From a bacterium (GTDB lineage: Bacteria; Patescibacteriota; UBA1384; JBDRDK01), in assembly GCA_043820855.1 (NCBI GenBank), contig JBDRDK010000001.1:1-58832 (forward strand): 58,832 nucleotides of DNA, in the 5' to 3' direction. Shown here one piece after another: positions 47,201 through 56,858 of this stretch (the stretch's first letter is position 1; each line of letters begins with the position of its first letter). The position numbers and the translations under genes are program-made. The notes beneath the pieces are model-generated. The model was not told where the DNA came from, made no database searches, and saw only the letters and a list, made by a program, of their open reading frames with translations.

Positions 47201-47240
47201 ATATCTGTAAAAGCTATTTATTAGCTAATATTTAAATTAA

Positions 47241-47564
47241 ATGAATCGCAGATCTGCTAAAACAGCTCAAATAATTCAATCAAGTCTTGCCCAAACCCTA
47301 AGTAAATTCCGAAAAGGTAACAAATTATACACAGTTACTAATATTCAGATGTCACCAGATTTAAAAGTAGCCAATATCTGGATAAGTAACCTTGGTAATG
47401 AAAATTGGAATGTAGATAATATCAAACAGTTTATTCCTGAATTAGTAGAAGGATTAAAAAAAACTCAATTAAAGTATATCCCCAAACTGCGTTTCCAAAA
47501 AGATAAATCTGGACCATATAACGAAAAAATCGATAAGATTTTTAAACAGATTGATGAATCTTAG
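47241..47564 (+). CDS. rbfA: ribosome-binding factor A
   Basis: RSAKTAQIIQSSLAQTL...TVTNIQMSPDLKVANIWIS, the typical RbfA pattern; 107 aa. Confidence 0.85.
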   Translation: MNRRSAKTAQIIQSSLAQTLSKFRKGNKLYTVTNIQMSPDLKVANIWISNLGNENWNVDNIKQFIPELVEGLKKTQLKYIPKLRFQKDKSGPYNEKIDKIFKQIDES

Positions 47565-47922
47565 TTTATATATTACATTTTTGAATTTCATAGGCGTATT
47601 AGGTTGGATATGTGTTTTATTTCTAGTTTTCTTTCTATCTCCCTACAGCAACATTCAACAGAATTTAACGTTATTTCTATTTAGTTTTTTTATCGCTGTA
47701 TGGGGATCCTATAGTTCTTTAGAGTATAATTTACGAAAAAAAATGTTCAGTTTAACAAACCCAATGTCCCAATTAAAGGATGCATCTAGGCATGGCTTGT
47801 TTATTGCCTTGGTACTCACTGTCATACTTTTTTTGCAGTATTTGAGAGTTTTAACATGGTGGGACGCAGGTCTTTTAGTGTTAATAGCTGTCAGCGCTGA
47901 ACTTTATTTTAAAGGAAGATAA
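47554..47922 (+). CDS. membrane protein (4 TM)
   Basis: Hydrophobic 122 aa; overlaps the rbfA end; ATG at 47554 (the track uses TTG at 47551). Confidence 0.55.
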   Translation: MNLSLYITFLNFIGVLGWICVLFLVFFLSPYSNIQQNLTLFLFSFFIAVWGSYSSLEYNLRKKMFSLTNPMSQLKDASRHGLFIALVLTVILFLQYLRVLTWWDAGLLVLIAVSAELYFKGR

Positions 47923-48635
47923 TGGCAAACTTACACCCAATCACACAATTTATGAGAAAGTCACTAGATTTTTTTCAAAAAAAAGGATTTGAAATAGTAG
48001 ATACACCGGAAATAGAAACCGAATATTACAATTTTGATTCTTTGAATATACCAGCTACTCATCCATCACGAGATACTCAAGATACTTTTTGGCTTAAGGA
48101 TGGTAGAGTTTTAAGAACCCATACTACAAGTGCTCAAGTAAGAGAAATGGAAAAACGCAAACCACCAGTAAGAATTGTGGCGCCTGGAAGATGTTTTCGA
48201 AATGAACGAACTGATGCTGGTCATGAAGCAACTTTTTTCCAGTTAGATGGATTTGTAATTGATCGTGATATTCGAGTCAATCATTTACTAACTATAACTG
48301 ACGATTTTGCAAAACATATTTTTGGTAAAGATATAAAAACTCGCATCCGTCCCCATTTTTATCCATTTGTTGAACCAGGATTTGATATTGATATAAATTG
48401 TTTGATATGTGCTGGTAAGGGTTGCCCTGTGTGCAAAAAATCCGGGTGGTTAGAAGTAATGCCCTGTGGCATGATTCATCCAACAGTTCTAAAAAATATG
48501 AAAATCGATTCAGAAAAATGGAGTGGTTTTGCTTTTGGTTTTGGGATAGACAGGTTGATGATGCTTTATCACGGAATAGATGATATCCGATTTTCTTATA
48601 AAAACGATTTTAGATTTTTAAAACAATTCAAATGA
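47922..48635 (+). CDS. pheS: phenylalanine-tRNA ligase alpha subunit, catalytic core only
   Basis: HPITQF, PATHPSRDTQDTFW, LRTHTSAQ, PGRCFRNE, FFQLDG, GWLEVMPCGMIHP, FGFGIDRL. It is 237 aa versus the usual length of about 330-350 aa. Confidence 0.92.
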   Translation: MANLHPITQFMRKSLDFFQKKGFEIVDTPEIETEYYNFDSLNIPATHPSRDTQDTFWLKDGRVLRTHTTSAQVREMEKRKPPVRIVAPGRCFRNERTDAGHEATFFQLDGFVIDRDIRVNHLLTITDDFAKHIFGKDIKTRIRPHFYPFVEPGFDIDINCLICAGKGCPVCKKSGWLEVMPCGMIHPTVLKNMKIDSEKWSGFAFGFGIDRLMMLYHGIDDIRFSYKNDFRFLKQFK

Positions 48636-50515
48636 ACCTACCCGTTAAATGGTTAAAACAATTTATCAATACAAATGATTCTGTTCAAAAAATAGCTGAG
48701 ATTTTTACTAGTATAGGTCATGAAGTGGAGTCGTACAACAGTACTGTACTTAATTTGGATATTACACCCAATCGCAGTGATTGTTTCAGCATACTTGGAT
48801 TAGCTAGGGAATATGCGGCAGCTACAAACAAAAAGCTAACCTCTCAACAAAAACCACAAATCCCAGAAACTCAAACTTCAACTTTAAAACTAAAATTCCT
48901 TAAAAAATCAATATGTCCCAGATATACATACAGAATTATTGAACATATAAAGATACAACCTTCACCCAAATGGCTACAAAATCATTTGATCAAATACGGT
49001 TTTAGACCGATAAATAATATCGTAGATATTACTAACTTTGTAATGATTGAACTTGGCCAACCTCTACACGCGTTTGATTATTCTAAAGTTTCGGGTTCGA
49101 GTATGGAAATATGTCTATCCAAAAAGGGTCAGAGTTTAACAACACTAGACGGAAAAAACTGTGATCTTCCGGACAGTGCAATTATTATTAAAGATGCTAA
49201 TAAAATCATTGATTTAGCTGGAATAATGGGTGGTTATAATTCTGAAGTGGACAACAACACCCAATCTATAGTCCTGCAAGCAGCAGTTTTTAATCCAACG
49301 TTAATCAGAAAAGCTAGTAAAGCTCTAAAACACATTACCGACGCTTCGTATCGTTATGAAAGAGGTGTAGACCCGCAAAATACAACCTTTGCCCTAGATC
49401 GCGCTGTTGAATTATTACTAGAAAGTTGTCCCAATATATCCGTAGGTCCTATACAGGATATAAAGAACGAACCCATAAAAACTATAAGCATCCCGTTTAA
49501 TACTCAGAAAATTAATAAATTTTTATCAACGAATCTATCAAATAATCAGATCGATAAAATTTTAACATCTTTAGGTTTTAAGATAACTAAAAACTCCATA
49601 CTAGTGCCTTCTTGGAGAATCTATGATGTTAAAAATATACAAGACATAGTTGAAGAGGTGGGTAGAATTCACGGCTACAATAAACTAAAGAGAATCGAAC
49701 TATCTAAGTTCAAGAATACAAAGATAAATAAACAATATTTATCACTCGAATTACTCAAAGACAAACTTGTAGCACGGGGGTATACTGAAATCATTGGATA
49801 TCCGATGACAGCTGATAAAAACCCGATTCGTATAATAAACCCTGTTTCTATGGAAAATCAGTACTTAAGAAGCACTCTAACTGAATCGCTATTAAGGGTT
49901 GTTAGTAACAATCCATGGTATGCAGATATTAAAAGTTTTGAGTTGGGAAAGGTTTATCTAAAAAAGTCAGAGTTATATAATCTCGCGATACTTGAAACTA
50001 GTAAATCAACAAAAAATATCATTCAAAATTTACAGACAATAGAAAAAGAATTGGGCAGTAAATTAGATTACCAAGAAATAAAAGTTTCTCAAAATGATTT
50101 AGATAAACACAAAATAAAAAAATCAGTTAGTTTAATCAACGTTCAATTACCTAAATTTAATAATTCGATTAAATGGGAATCAATAAATATCCCCAAAAAA
50201 CGAGTGAAATACCAAAGTATTTCTAAATTTCCACCCTCAACTAGAGATCTAGCATTTATAGTAAACACGAAAATAAACGCCTTGGACATCTCCTTTGATA
50301 TACAGAAGATAAGCACAAGTGATGCTTGGGTAGTTATTGTAGAAAAGTTTGATGAATTTGAACATAAAAAATTCGGTCAAGGCAAGAAAAACTTGGCTTT
50401 TCATGTAGTTGTTGACCGTAAGAAAAAAATCACTGAAAATCAAATTAATTCCATATTCAGTAAAATTATTGATACAATAGAAAAGAAATATAAAGCTAAA
50501 TTACGGGAATTTTAA
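48632..50515 (+). CDS. pheT: phenylalanine-tRNA ligase beta subunit lacking the OB-fold (B2) tRNA-binding domain
   Basis: The N-terminal B1 domain (MNLPVKWLKQFI) runs straight into the DITPNRSDCFSILGLAREYA (B3/4) block; B5 and the C-terminal FDX-ACB-like end are present. Confidence 0.9.
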   Translation: MNLPVKWLKQFINTNDSVQKIAEIFTSIGHEVESYNSTVLNLDITPNRSDCFSILGLAREYAAATNKKLTSQQKPQIPETQTSTLKLKFLKKSICPRYTYRIIEHIKIQPSPKWLQNHLIKYGFRPINNIVDITNFVMIELGQPLHAFDYSKVSGSSMEICLSKKGQSLTTLDGKNCDLPDSAIIIKDANKIIDLAGIMGGYNSEVDNNTQSIVLQAAVFNPTLIRKASKALKHITDASYRYERGVDPQNTTFALDRAVELLLESCPNISVGPIQDIKNEPIKTISIPFNTQKINKFLSTNLSNNQIDKILTSLGFKITKNSILVPSWRIYDVKNIQDIVEEVGRIHGYNKLKRIELSKFKNTKINKQYLSLELLKDKLVARGYTEIIGYPMTADKNPIRIINPVSMENQYLRSTLTESLLRVVSNNPWYADIKSFELGKVYLKKSELYNLAILETSKSTKNIIQNLQTIEKELGSKLDYQEIKVSQNDLDKHKIKKSVSLINVQLPKFNNSIKWESINIPKKRVKYQSISKFPPSTRDLAFIVNTKINALDISFDIQKISTSDAWVVIVEKFDEFEHKKFGQGKKNLAFHVVVDRKKKITENQINSIFSKIIDTIEKKYKAKLREF

Positions 50516-50516
50516 T

Positions 50517-51911
50517 ATGCAAAGATATTATGCAAAAGATTTAAATAAGTCAGTAGGAAAAGAAGTGCTGTTATTTGGTTGGGTTCACAGTAGGAGAGAT
50601 CATGGGAATTTGATTTTTGTAGACCTGAGAGATATGAGCGGACTTACACAAATAGTTATTGATCCAAAAACTTACAAAAACCTCAAGGAAGTAAAAAAAA
50701 TACGACCTGAATATGTAGTTCAAATCAGAGGTTTAGTAAAATCACGTCCGGAAAAATACTTCAATCAAAAAATTATATCTGGAGAAATTGAAATTGAATG
50801 TACTGAAATAAAAATTATAAATACTTCAAAAACACCGCCCTTTGAGATAAATCAAGATACTCTAAAAATCGATGAAGAAAAAAGACTTGAATACAGATAT
50901 TTGGATTTACGCACAACAAGACTATCTACTAACATTAAAAACAGACACGGTATTGTTAATTTCATCAGAAATCAACTCAATAAAAAAGGATTTGTCGAAA
51001 TTGAAACTCCAATTCTTACTAAAGGTACACCTGAGGGGGCACGAGAATATATTGTGCCTAGTAGATTACAAAAAGGCAAAGTTTATGTTCTGCCTCAGTC
51101 TCCTCAACAATTCAAGCAATTACTAATGATCGCTGGTTTTGAAAGATATTATCAAATTGCAAAATGTCTGCGTGATGAGGACACCAGGGGAGATCGTCAA
51201 CCCGAACATACTCAACTAGACTTAGAAATGAGTTTTATTGAGCAAAATAACATTTTAGAATTAATAGAAGAATTAATAATTAATTTAATATCGTCTTTAT
51301 ATCCTGACAAAAAAATTACCCAAAAACCGTTTCCAAGATTGACCTACGAACAAGCTATAAAACAATATAAATCAGATAAACCTGACTTGAGAAAAAACAA
51401 AAAAGATCAAAACGAGTTAGCATTTAGCTGGATTATTGACTTCCCGCTATTTAAAAAAGACAAAAATGGGAAATTGACATATTCCCACAATCCATTTACT
51501 TCACCTAAGAAACAATTTGAAGACGACCTACTAAAAAACAAAGATGTCTCTTGTATTATTTCTGAACAATACGATTTAGCGTGTAACGGTCTGGAAATAG
51601 GCGGTGGGGGAATAAGGATACACAAATCAGAAATACTATTTAAAGTTTTTCAAATACTAGGTCATGACAAAAAAACTATCGAAGATAGATTTGGTCATAT
51701 GTTGAAAGCGTTTGAATACGGAACTCCACCTCACGGAGGTATAGCTCTGGGTTTGGACCGATTAATTATGCTTTTGCAAAACGAACCAAATATTCGAGAA
51801 GTTATCTCTTTTCCAAAAACAGGCGATGCTCGAGACCCATTAATGAATGCACCAACTATTCCTGATCCATTAGATTTGAAAGAGTTGGGAATTAGGTTTT
51901 CTAAAAAATAA
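50517..51911 (+). CDS. aspS: aspartate-tRNA ligase, bacterial-type sequence but without the GAD insertion domain
   Basis: LRDMSGLTQIV, YVLPQSPQQFKQLLMIAGFERYYQIAKCLRDEDTRGDRQPEHTQLDLEMSF, GGGGIRIH, GTPPHGGIALGLDRL. DKPDLRK is followed almost directly by WIIDFPLF. Confidence 0.92.
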   Translation: MQRYYAKDLNKSVGKEVLLFGWVHSRRDHGNLIFVDLRDMSGLTQIVIDPKTYKNLKEVKKIRPEYVVQIRGLVKSRPEKYFNQKIISGEIEIECTEIKIINTSKTPPFEINQDTLKIDEEKRLEYRYLDLRTTRLSTNIKNRHGIVNFIRNQLNKKGFVEIETPILTKGTPEGAREYIVPSRLQKGKVYVLPQSPQQFKQLLMIAGFERYYQIAKCLRDEDTRGDRQPEHTQLDLEMSFIEQNNILELIEELIINLISSLYPDKKITQKPFPRLTYEQAIKQYKSDKPDLRKNKKDQNELAFSWIIDFPLFKKDKNGKLTYSHNPFTSPKKQFEDDLLKNKDVSCIISEQYDLACNGLEIGGGGIRIHKSEILFKVFQILGHDKKTIEDRFGHMLKAFEYGTPPHGGIALGLDRLIMLLQNEPNIREVISFPKTGDARDPLMNAPTIPDPLDLKELGIRFSKK

Positions 51912-51929
51912 TATTATTTTAGGAGGGGA

Positions 51930-53546
51930 GTGAAAAAAAGATTATTTATTTTAACCTGCTGCTTAATCAGTATAAGTTTTATTTTCGGTTTCCAAGCTCA
52001 GGCGTCAATATTTGCGCCAGGTGATGATAAACACATTTGGCAAGCAGTAGAAAGAGCTGTAATTGTTCACGAAAACAATGATCAAACTATGATAATGTCA
52101 CCTTTGTATGAAGGGGATAAAACTGATTTTGCATGGATCATACCCACACCCAGTAAATTACAGATTAACACAATTGACTACGATCTGTTTTCAAATCTAG
52201 ATACAATTTCAAATAATGATTTCTCGATTTATAAAGATATCATTAAAGACAATATAGAACTCAGCGAGCTAGAGGTTGATTCAGAAAATTTATACACAAT
52301 AAACACATTTAAATTTTCAGAAACTTCAGATATGCTTGATTGGCTAGACTCAAAAAATTACAATCTGCCAGAAAACTCAAATTATTTAATCCAGAGATAT
52401 ATTCAAAAAGATTGGTACTTTAATATTATAGAAGTCAATTCAGAAAATATAAAAGAAGATATGGGATTTTTACCCCCGCTATTAATCAGCTTTATATCCG
52501 AAGATCTAATATATCCAATTAAACTTAAATCACTCAGACTATTATGGCAAGACGCGATGCCAGGTGAATCTGGAGAAGGAGTCAAACAAGTCGAAGATGA
52601 GCTAAAAGAGGGACAAACTGATTTTGGTGCAGATTCAACATATCCAGTTGATTCACTGCCTGAAACTACCAAAATTGATATGTATATACTTTCAGAAAAT
52701 CGAAAAACACACGCTGATTTTGAAACTACTTTTGGGAAGTGGCTTAATAAAGATCAAATTAACTCTCTTTCCCAGGATTGGTATTCTTGTCAAAGCTCAA
52801 AACTGTTTTTTACTAAAATGTATTCAACAATTAACTACATCGACTATACAAACGATTTAGTATTTGATGATGCTTTAGATAATCAAGAATTACTCAATAG
52901 TGGAACAAGCCCAGGGAGTTCAAAGATTAATATCTGGTTATACTTTTTGGTTGGTTTTATATTTCTCGCATTGTTATTTATCAGTCCAATAGGCTTATCT
53001 TTTGCAATGGGTTTATATTTAACAAAACAAGAAAGAGCTGGTATCCGAAAAACAACCGGTTTACTACTTCAGGGAATATCATTATTATCTTTGATCAGCT
53101 TGGTGGTGTTTAGTTATTTATTAATTTGGCAAGGTTACTTGAAAGATTTCGGTTGGGACAGTGTCAAGTTTACGTTGAATAACAATTATGAATTTGATGA
53201 AAACAATATCAAGTATTTTGTTGTAAGTACCTTAATATCTCAATTGTTGTTTTTAATATGGATAATTATAATATGGGTATTACAAAACAAGAAAAAAACC
53301 AAGCTAGTATCACATGATGGTACAACCAGCAAAGAACTGAATAATCATGACGAGATAGGGGATCATATTTTTGAAAAAAATATAAACAACAAAGACTACC
53401 AAGATCCAGAATTTGAAGTAGAGTTAGAAAAAAAATCACAAACACCAAAAAAAAGCGATGAGGATTTACCAACATTTAAAGAAGAAAAAGCCAAATCCAA
53501 AATAATAAAACCAAAAACAAAAAAGATAAAAGTAAATAAAGGTTAG
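51930..53546 (+). CDS. DUF2330-like secreted/membrane protein with C-terminal TM cluster and K-rich tail; GTG start
   Basis: SD GGAGGGGA upstream; signal peptide; QAVERAVIVHENNDQTMIMSPLYEGDKTDFAWIIPTPS resembles the DUF2330 N-terminal signature. Confidence 0.6.
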   Translation: MKKRLFILTCCLISISFIFGFQAQASIFAPGDDKHIWQAVERAVIVHENNDQTMIMSPLYEGDKTDFAWIIPTPSKLQINTIDYDLFSNLDTISNNDFSIYKDIIKDNIELSELEVDSENLYTINTFKFSETSDMLDWLDSKNYNLPENSNYLIQRYIQKDWYFNIIEVNSENIKEDMGFLPPLLISFISEDLIYPIKLKSLRLLWQDAMPGESGEGVKQVEDELKEGQTDFGADSTYPVDSLPETTKIDMYILSENRKTHADFETTFGKWLNKDQINSLSQDWYSCQSSKLFFTKMYSTINYIDYTNDLVFDDALDNQELLNSGTSPGSSKINIWLYFLVGFIFLALLFISPIGLSFAMGLYLTKQERAGIRKTTGLLLQGISLLSLISLVVFSYLLIWQGYLKDFGWDSVKFTLNNNYEFDENNIKYFVVSTLISQLLFLIWIIIIWVLQNKKKTKLVSHDGTTSKELNNHDEIGDHIFEKNINNKDYQDPEFEVELEKKSQTPKKSDEDLPTFKEEKAKSKIIKPKTKKIKVNKG

Positions 53547-54458
53547 ATGATAAGTAAGGTTTCTATTATACTAATACTACTTGCAGATTTTTGGGGTACA
53601 TCTCATAACTACCTGATAACAAATTATGAATCTCAAAATAAAATTGACAGTCCAGAGATATCCGAAATATCTCAAAATAATATATTTTCCAATTCTCAAC
53701 TACAAAATCCAGAAAATCTAGACGCAAAAAAACTTACAGCTTCCGGAATAGCTTTGTTGGATCTCAACAGCAATACTTATTTGTATCACAAAAATTTAGA
53801 CAAAGAATTCACTATCGCCAGTATAACTAAAATTGCAACTTCTCTAGCTATATTAGAAAATTATAACTTAAATGAAGTAGTAACAGTTAGTTATAGGGCT
53901 GCGTCTGTATACGGCTCAAGGGTGCATCTAAACCCATTGGAACAGATTACCGTAGACCAGCTTGTAATAGGTATGCTAGTGGCCTCAGGAAACGATGCTG
54001 CGTTAGCTCTGGCTGACCATTTTGGCGAAGATGAACTTCTGTTAAACATGAATCAAACTGCAAAAAATCTAAACTTAAATGACACTCAATTTTTTGATGC
54101 AGCTGGTTTATCTATGGAAAACAGATCTACTCCGAGAGATTTGGCAATACTTGCAAAAGCCGCCTTGTCACATCCTTTTATTTCCCGGGTTGTAAAATAT
54201 AAAACTTACACAATGCGTTCAGTAGATGGCAGGACCGAACATTTGATACACACAACAAACAGACTCCTAAAGAACTATACGGATATCACCGGTATAAAGA
54301 CCGGTTACACAGAAGAAGCTGGATTTTGCATGATTTCATCAGCAAGAAACAACGAATACAGTTTTCTGTTGGTACTTTTAGGTGCTGTGTCAGACAATTC
54401 ACGCTTTAACGAAAGCAGAACTATACTTAGTTATGCCCAAAATAATACCCTGTGGTAA
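53547..54458 (+). CDS. serine-type D-Ala-D-Ala carboxypeptidase (peptidase S11, PBP5/6-like)
   Basis: SxxK (ASITK), SxN (SGND) and KTG (IKTGYT) motifs in order. Confidence 0.85.
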   Translation: MISKVSIILILLADFWGTSHNYLITNYESQNKIDSPEISEISQNNIFSNSQLQNPENLDAKKLTASGIALLDLNSNTYLYHKNLDKEFTIASITKIATSLAILENYNLNEVVTVSYRAASVYGSRVHLNPLEQITVDQLVIGMLVASGNDAALALADHFGEDELLLNMNQTAKNLNLNDTQFFDAAGLSMENRSTPRDLAILAKAALSHPFISRVVKYKTYTMRSVDGRTEHLIHTTNRLLKNYTDITGIKTGYTEEAGFCMISSARNNEYSFLLVLLGAVSDNSRFNESRTILSYAQNNTLW

Positions 54459-54944
54459 TTAAACAAAAAATTGGATTATTACTCCAATCATAGATATCAC
54501 AATAATAATACCCAAAACTTGAGATATAAATATACCAAGTACTACACCAAATCCGCTTTTAGCAGCGTCTTTTAAATTTTTTTTAGCAAAGATCATCTCT
54601 CCTAAGATCGCAAAAACTGCACCTAGAATCACCATACCCAAGATACCACCTGAAACAAATCCTAGAATCGCTCCTATTGGGGCTAGGTGACTTCCATATT
54701 TAGTAGCACCCATTTTTTTTGCACCCCAAGATGTCGCAAGAATATCAATAATTTGAGATAAAACCCATAATAAACCTAAAATAACTATTGGAAACCAACT
54801 AAATGTCCCGGAGGTGAGAGCTAATATTATCGCGCCGATAAATACCAATAATGCTCCAGGTAATAAAGGCAAAAAAACTCCTAAAACTCCTAGTAAAATT
54901 AAAACCCATGAGAATATTTTTAGCGCTATAATCAATAACCACAT
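54459..54944 (-). CDS. DUF456-like membrane protein
   Basis: 161 aa, 4 TM, with an LPGALLVFIGA-type motif. Confidence 0.6.
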   Translation of the reverse strand: MWLLIIALKIFSWVLILLGVLGVFLPLLPGALLVFIGAIILALTSGTFSWFPIVILGLLWVLSQIIDILATSWGAKKMGATKYGSHLAPIGAILGFVSGGILGMVILGAVFAILGEMIFAKKNLKDAAKSGFGVVLGIFISQVLGIIIVISMIGVIIQFFV

Positions 54945-54945
54945 T

Positions 54946-55644
54946 TTAACTTATTATTTTGAGAGCCTGCCTAGCCGCTTGTATTTGAGCTTGCTGTTTG
55001 CTTACGCCAGATCCTTGAGTTAGTTTTTGTTTACCCAGATAGACCCCGATAATAAATTTCTTTGCATGATCAGGACCACTTTCGCTCAACACTTTATAAG
55101 TTGGTGTAATATTTTTTTGAGCTTGGCAAATTTCCTGTAATTGACTTTTTGCATCCAAATATAATTCATTTTTTAGAATAGTGCCAAGACTATCTAATAC
55201 CTGCGCTTTAATAAATTGTGCTGTTTTGTCAAATCCGAGATCTAAATAAATAGCGCCTATTAAGGCTTCAAAGGTGTTAGCTAGTAGCAAGTCATTATCT
55301 CTACCTTGATTTTTCTCTTCACCTTTTGACAGTAACAGATATTTGTCTAAATCTAGTTTTCTTGCTACTTTTGCAAGATTTTTACCTTTTACCAAAGCAC
55401 TTCGCAAACTAGTAAGCTCACCTTCGTTTTTATTATAAGCTCGATATAAATTTTCCGTAACAATTAATTCCAGCACAGCATCACCTAAAAACTCTAGTCT
55501 TTCATTGCTGGATAACTTAAAGTTTGAATGCTCATTTAAATAAGATCTGTGTACAAATACCTGTTCTAATAATTCCAGGTTATTGAAAGAGTCTCCGATA
55601 ATTTTTTGTAAATCTACAAAATTAGGTTTTTGGATTTTCATCAT
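54946..55644 (-). CDS. rnc: ribonuclease III
   Basis: NERLEFLGDAVLEL signature and a C-terminal dsRBD (GPDHAKKF...GSGVSKQQAQIQAA). Confidence 0.93.
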   Translation of the reverse strand: MMKIQKPNFVDLQKIIGDSFNNLELLEQVFVHRSYLNEHSNFKLSSNERLEFLGDAVLELIVTENLYRAYNKNEGELTSLRSALVKGKNLAKVARKLDLDKYLLLSKGEEKNQGRDNDLLLANTFEALIGAIYLDLGFDKTAQFIKAQVLDSLGTILKNELYLDAKSQLQEICQAQKNITPTYKVLSESGPDHAKKFIIGVYLGKQKLTQGSGVSKQQAQIQAARQALKIIS

Positions 55645-56131
55645 TAATTTCTTTTATTTTAGGTATTTGCTTAATTCCGTTTTTCACTTTTTTGGTTTTG
55701 ATTTCTTCTTCGCTTGCATCATATTTATCACTTTTTCTAAATACGGCACCTAGAACACCGTTTATAAATTTTGAGGAATTATCACCACCAAAACTTTTTG
55801 CCAGCTCTACTGCTTCATCGATCGCTACTTTTGGGGGAACTTCGTCGCTATATAGAAGTTCATGAATTGCTAAGCGTAATATGGTTTTATCAATAATCGC
55901 GATCTGTTCAAGTGGCCATTCTGGAGCTGAATCAGTAATAACTTTATCTATTTCAGAAATTTTCACAGTAACACCTTTTAAGATGTCTTGCACGAAATCC
56001 ATATCTACATCTCTAGCCTCAGATTCTATAATATTTCTTCGTAAGATTTCTTTTGGATTTTGATTTTTACGAAAATCCCATTCATATAACGCTTGTATTG
56101 CTTGTATTCTAGAAAAGTGTCGATTTGCCAT
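55622..56131 (-). CDS. nusB: transcription antitermination factor NusB
   Basis: RIQAIQALYEWDF, ILRLAIHELLY, PPKVAIDEAVELAKSFG. Confidence 0.88.
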   Translation of the reverse strand: MANRHFSRIQAIQALYEWDFRKNQNPKEILRRNIIESEARDVDMDFVQDILKGVTVKISEIDKVITDSAPEWPLEQIAIIDKTILRLAIHELLYSDEVPPKVAIDEAVELAKSFGGDNSSKFINGVLGAVFRKSDKYDASEEEIKTKKVKNGIKQIPKIKEINDENPKT

Positions 56132-56136
56132 AATAA

Positions 56137-56313
56137 TTATTTTACCGATACTACATCTTTGTCTTTATAATAACCGCATTCAGGACAGACTCGGTGAGGT
56201 AAAATCTTTTCATTGCAATGCTTACACTTTATTAATATCTGGCTTTTAGATTTCTTTCTACCTCTTCGGGTTTTTGATGTACTACGAGCTATTTTTTGTT
56301 TTGGTTCAGCCAT
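56137..56313 (-). CDS. rpmF: 50S ribosomal protein L32 (58 aa, below the ORF-track cutoff)
   Basis: The minus strand encodes MAEPKQKIARSTSKTRRGRKKSKSQILIKCKHCNEKILPHRVCPECGYYKDKDVVSVK, with CxxC...CxxC and the HRVC..CGYY signature; it lies downstream of yceD as usual. Confidence 0.9.
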   Translation of the reverse strand: MAEPKQKIARSTSKTRRGRKKSKSQILIKCKHCNEKILPHRVCPECGYYKDKDVVSVK

Positions 56314-56371
56314 ATTTATTTATCCTTTCTTCTTTAGTATTCTTAATATGCCATTTGCTATGCGCTATAAG

Positions 56372-56845
56372 CTATCTTGGGCATTTACATTTTTTTATAT
56401 TATTGTTATTTCCGCATATCTTGCATAGCCCCTTACAATTTGACTTACACTTAAAATCTTGGGGTAGGTGAGTAATTATTTCTTGTTCTAAAAAATCTTG
56501 AATGTTAATTTCACCGTATTTGGATATTTTCAATTCCTCGTCATCTGCATTGTCATAAATTGAAAAAATTACCTCAGTGTCAAAACTGATATTTTTTGAA
56601 ACATCTGTCAAACAACCAAAGCACCTGCCCTTAATCCGATATTTGACTTGAAATATCCCTAAAATCTCTCCTCGTTCGATCCTTTGGAAACTACCGTCTA
56701 CTTGAACAAAAGAATTTATTTTAAAATCAGTCATTTCAGAAATATCCCACACTGGAATTTTCTGGCTTATATTAATAATCTCAGGATTTGGATCAGTTAA
56801 TATATCACTGACTTTAAATATAAAATAGGGAATGTGCTTTTTCAT
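56372..56845 (-). CDS. yceD: YceD/DUF177 family protein
   Basis: C-terminal CKSNCKGLCKICGNNNNIKKCKC motif and conserved position upstream of rpmF. Confidence 0.85.
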   Translation of the reverse strand: MKKHIPYFIFKVSDILTDPNPEIINISQKIPVWDISEMTDFKINSFVQVDGSFQRIERGEILGIFQVKYRIKGRCFGCLTDVSKNISFDTEVIFSIYDNADDEELKISKYGEINIQDFLEQEIITHLPQDFKCKSNCKGLCKICGNNNNIKKCKCPR

Positions 56846-56858
56846 TTATTCGAAATGA

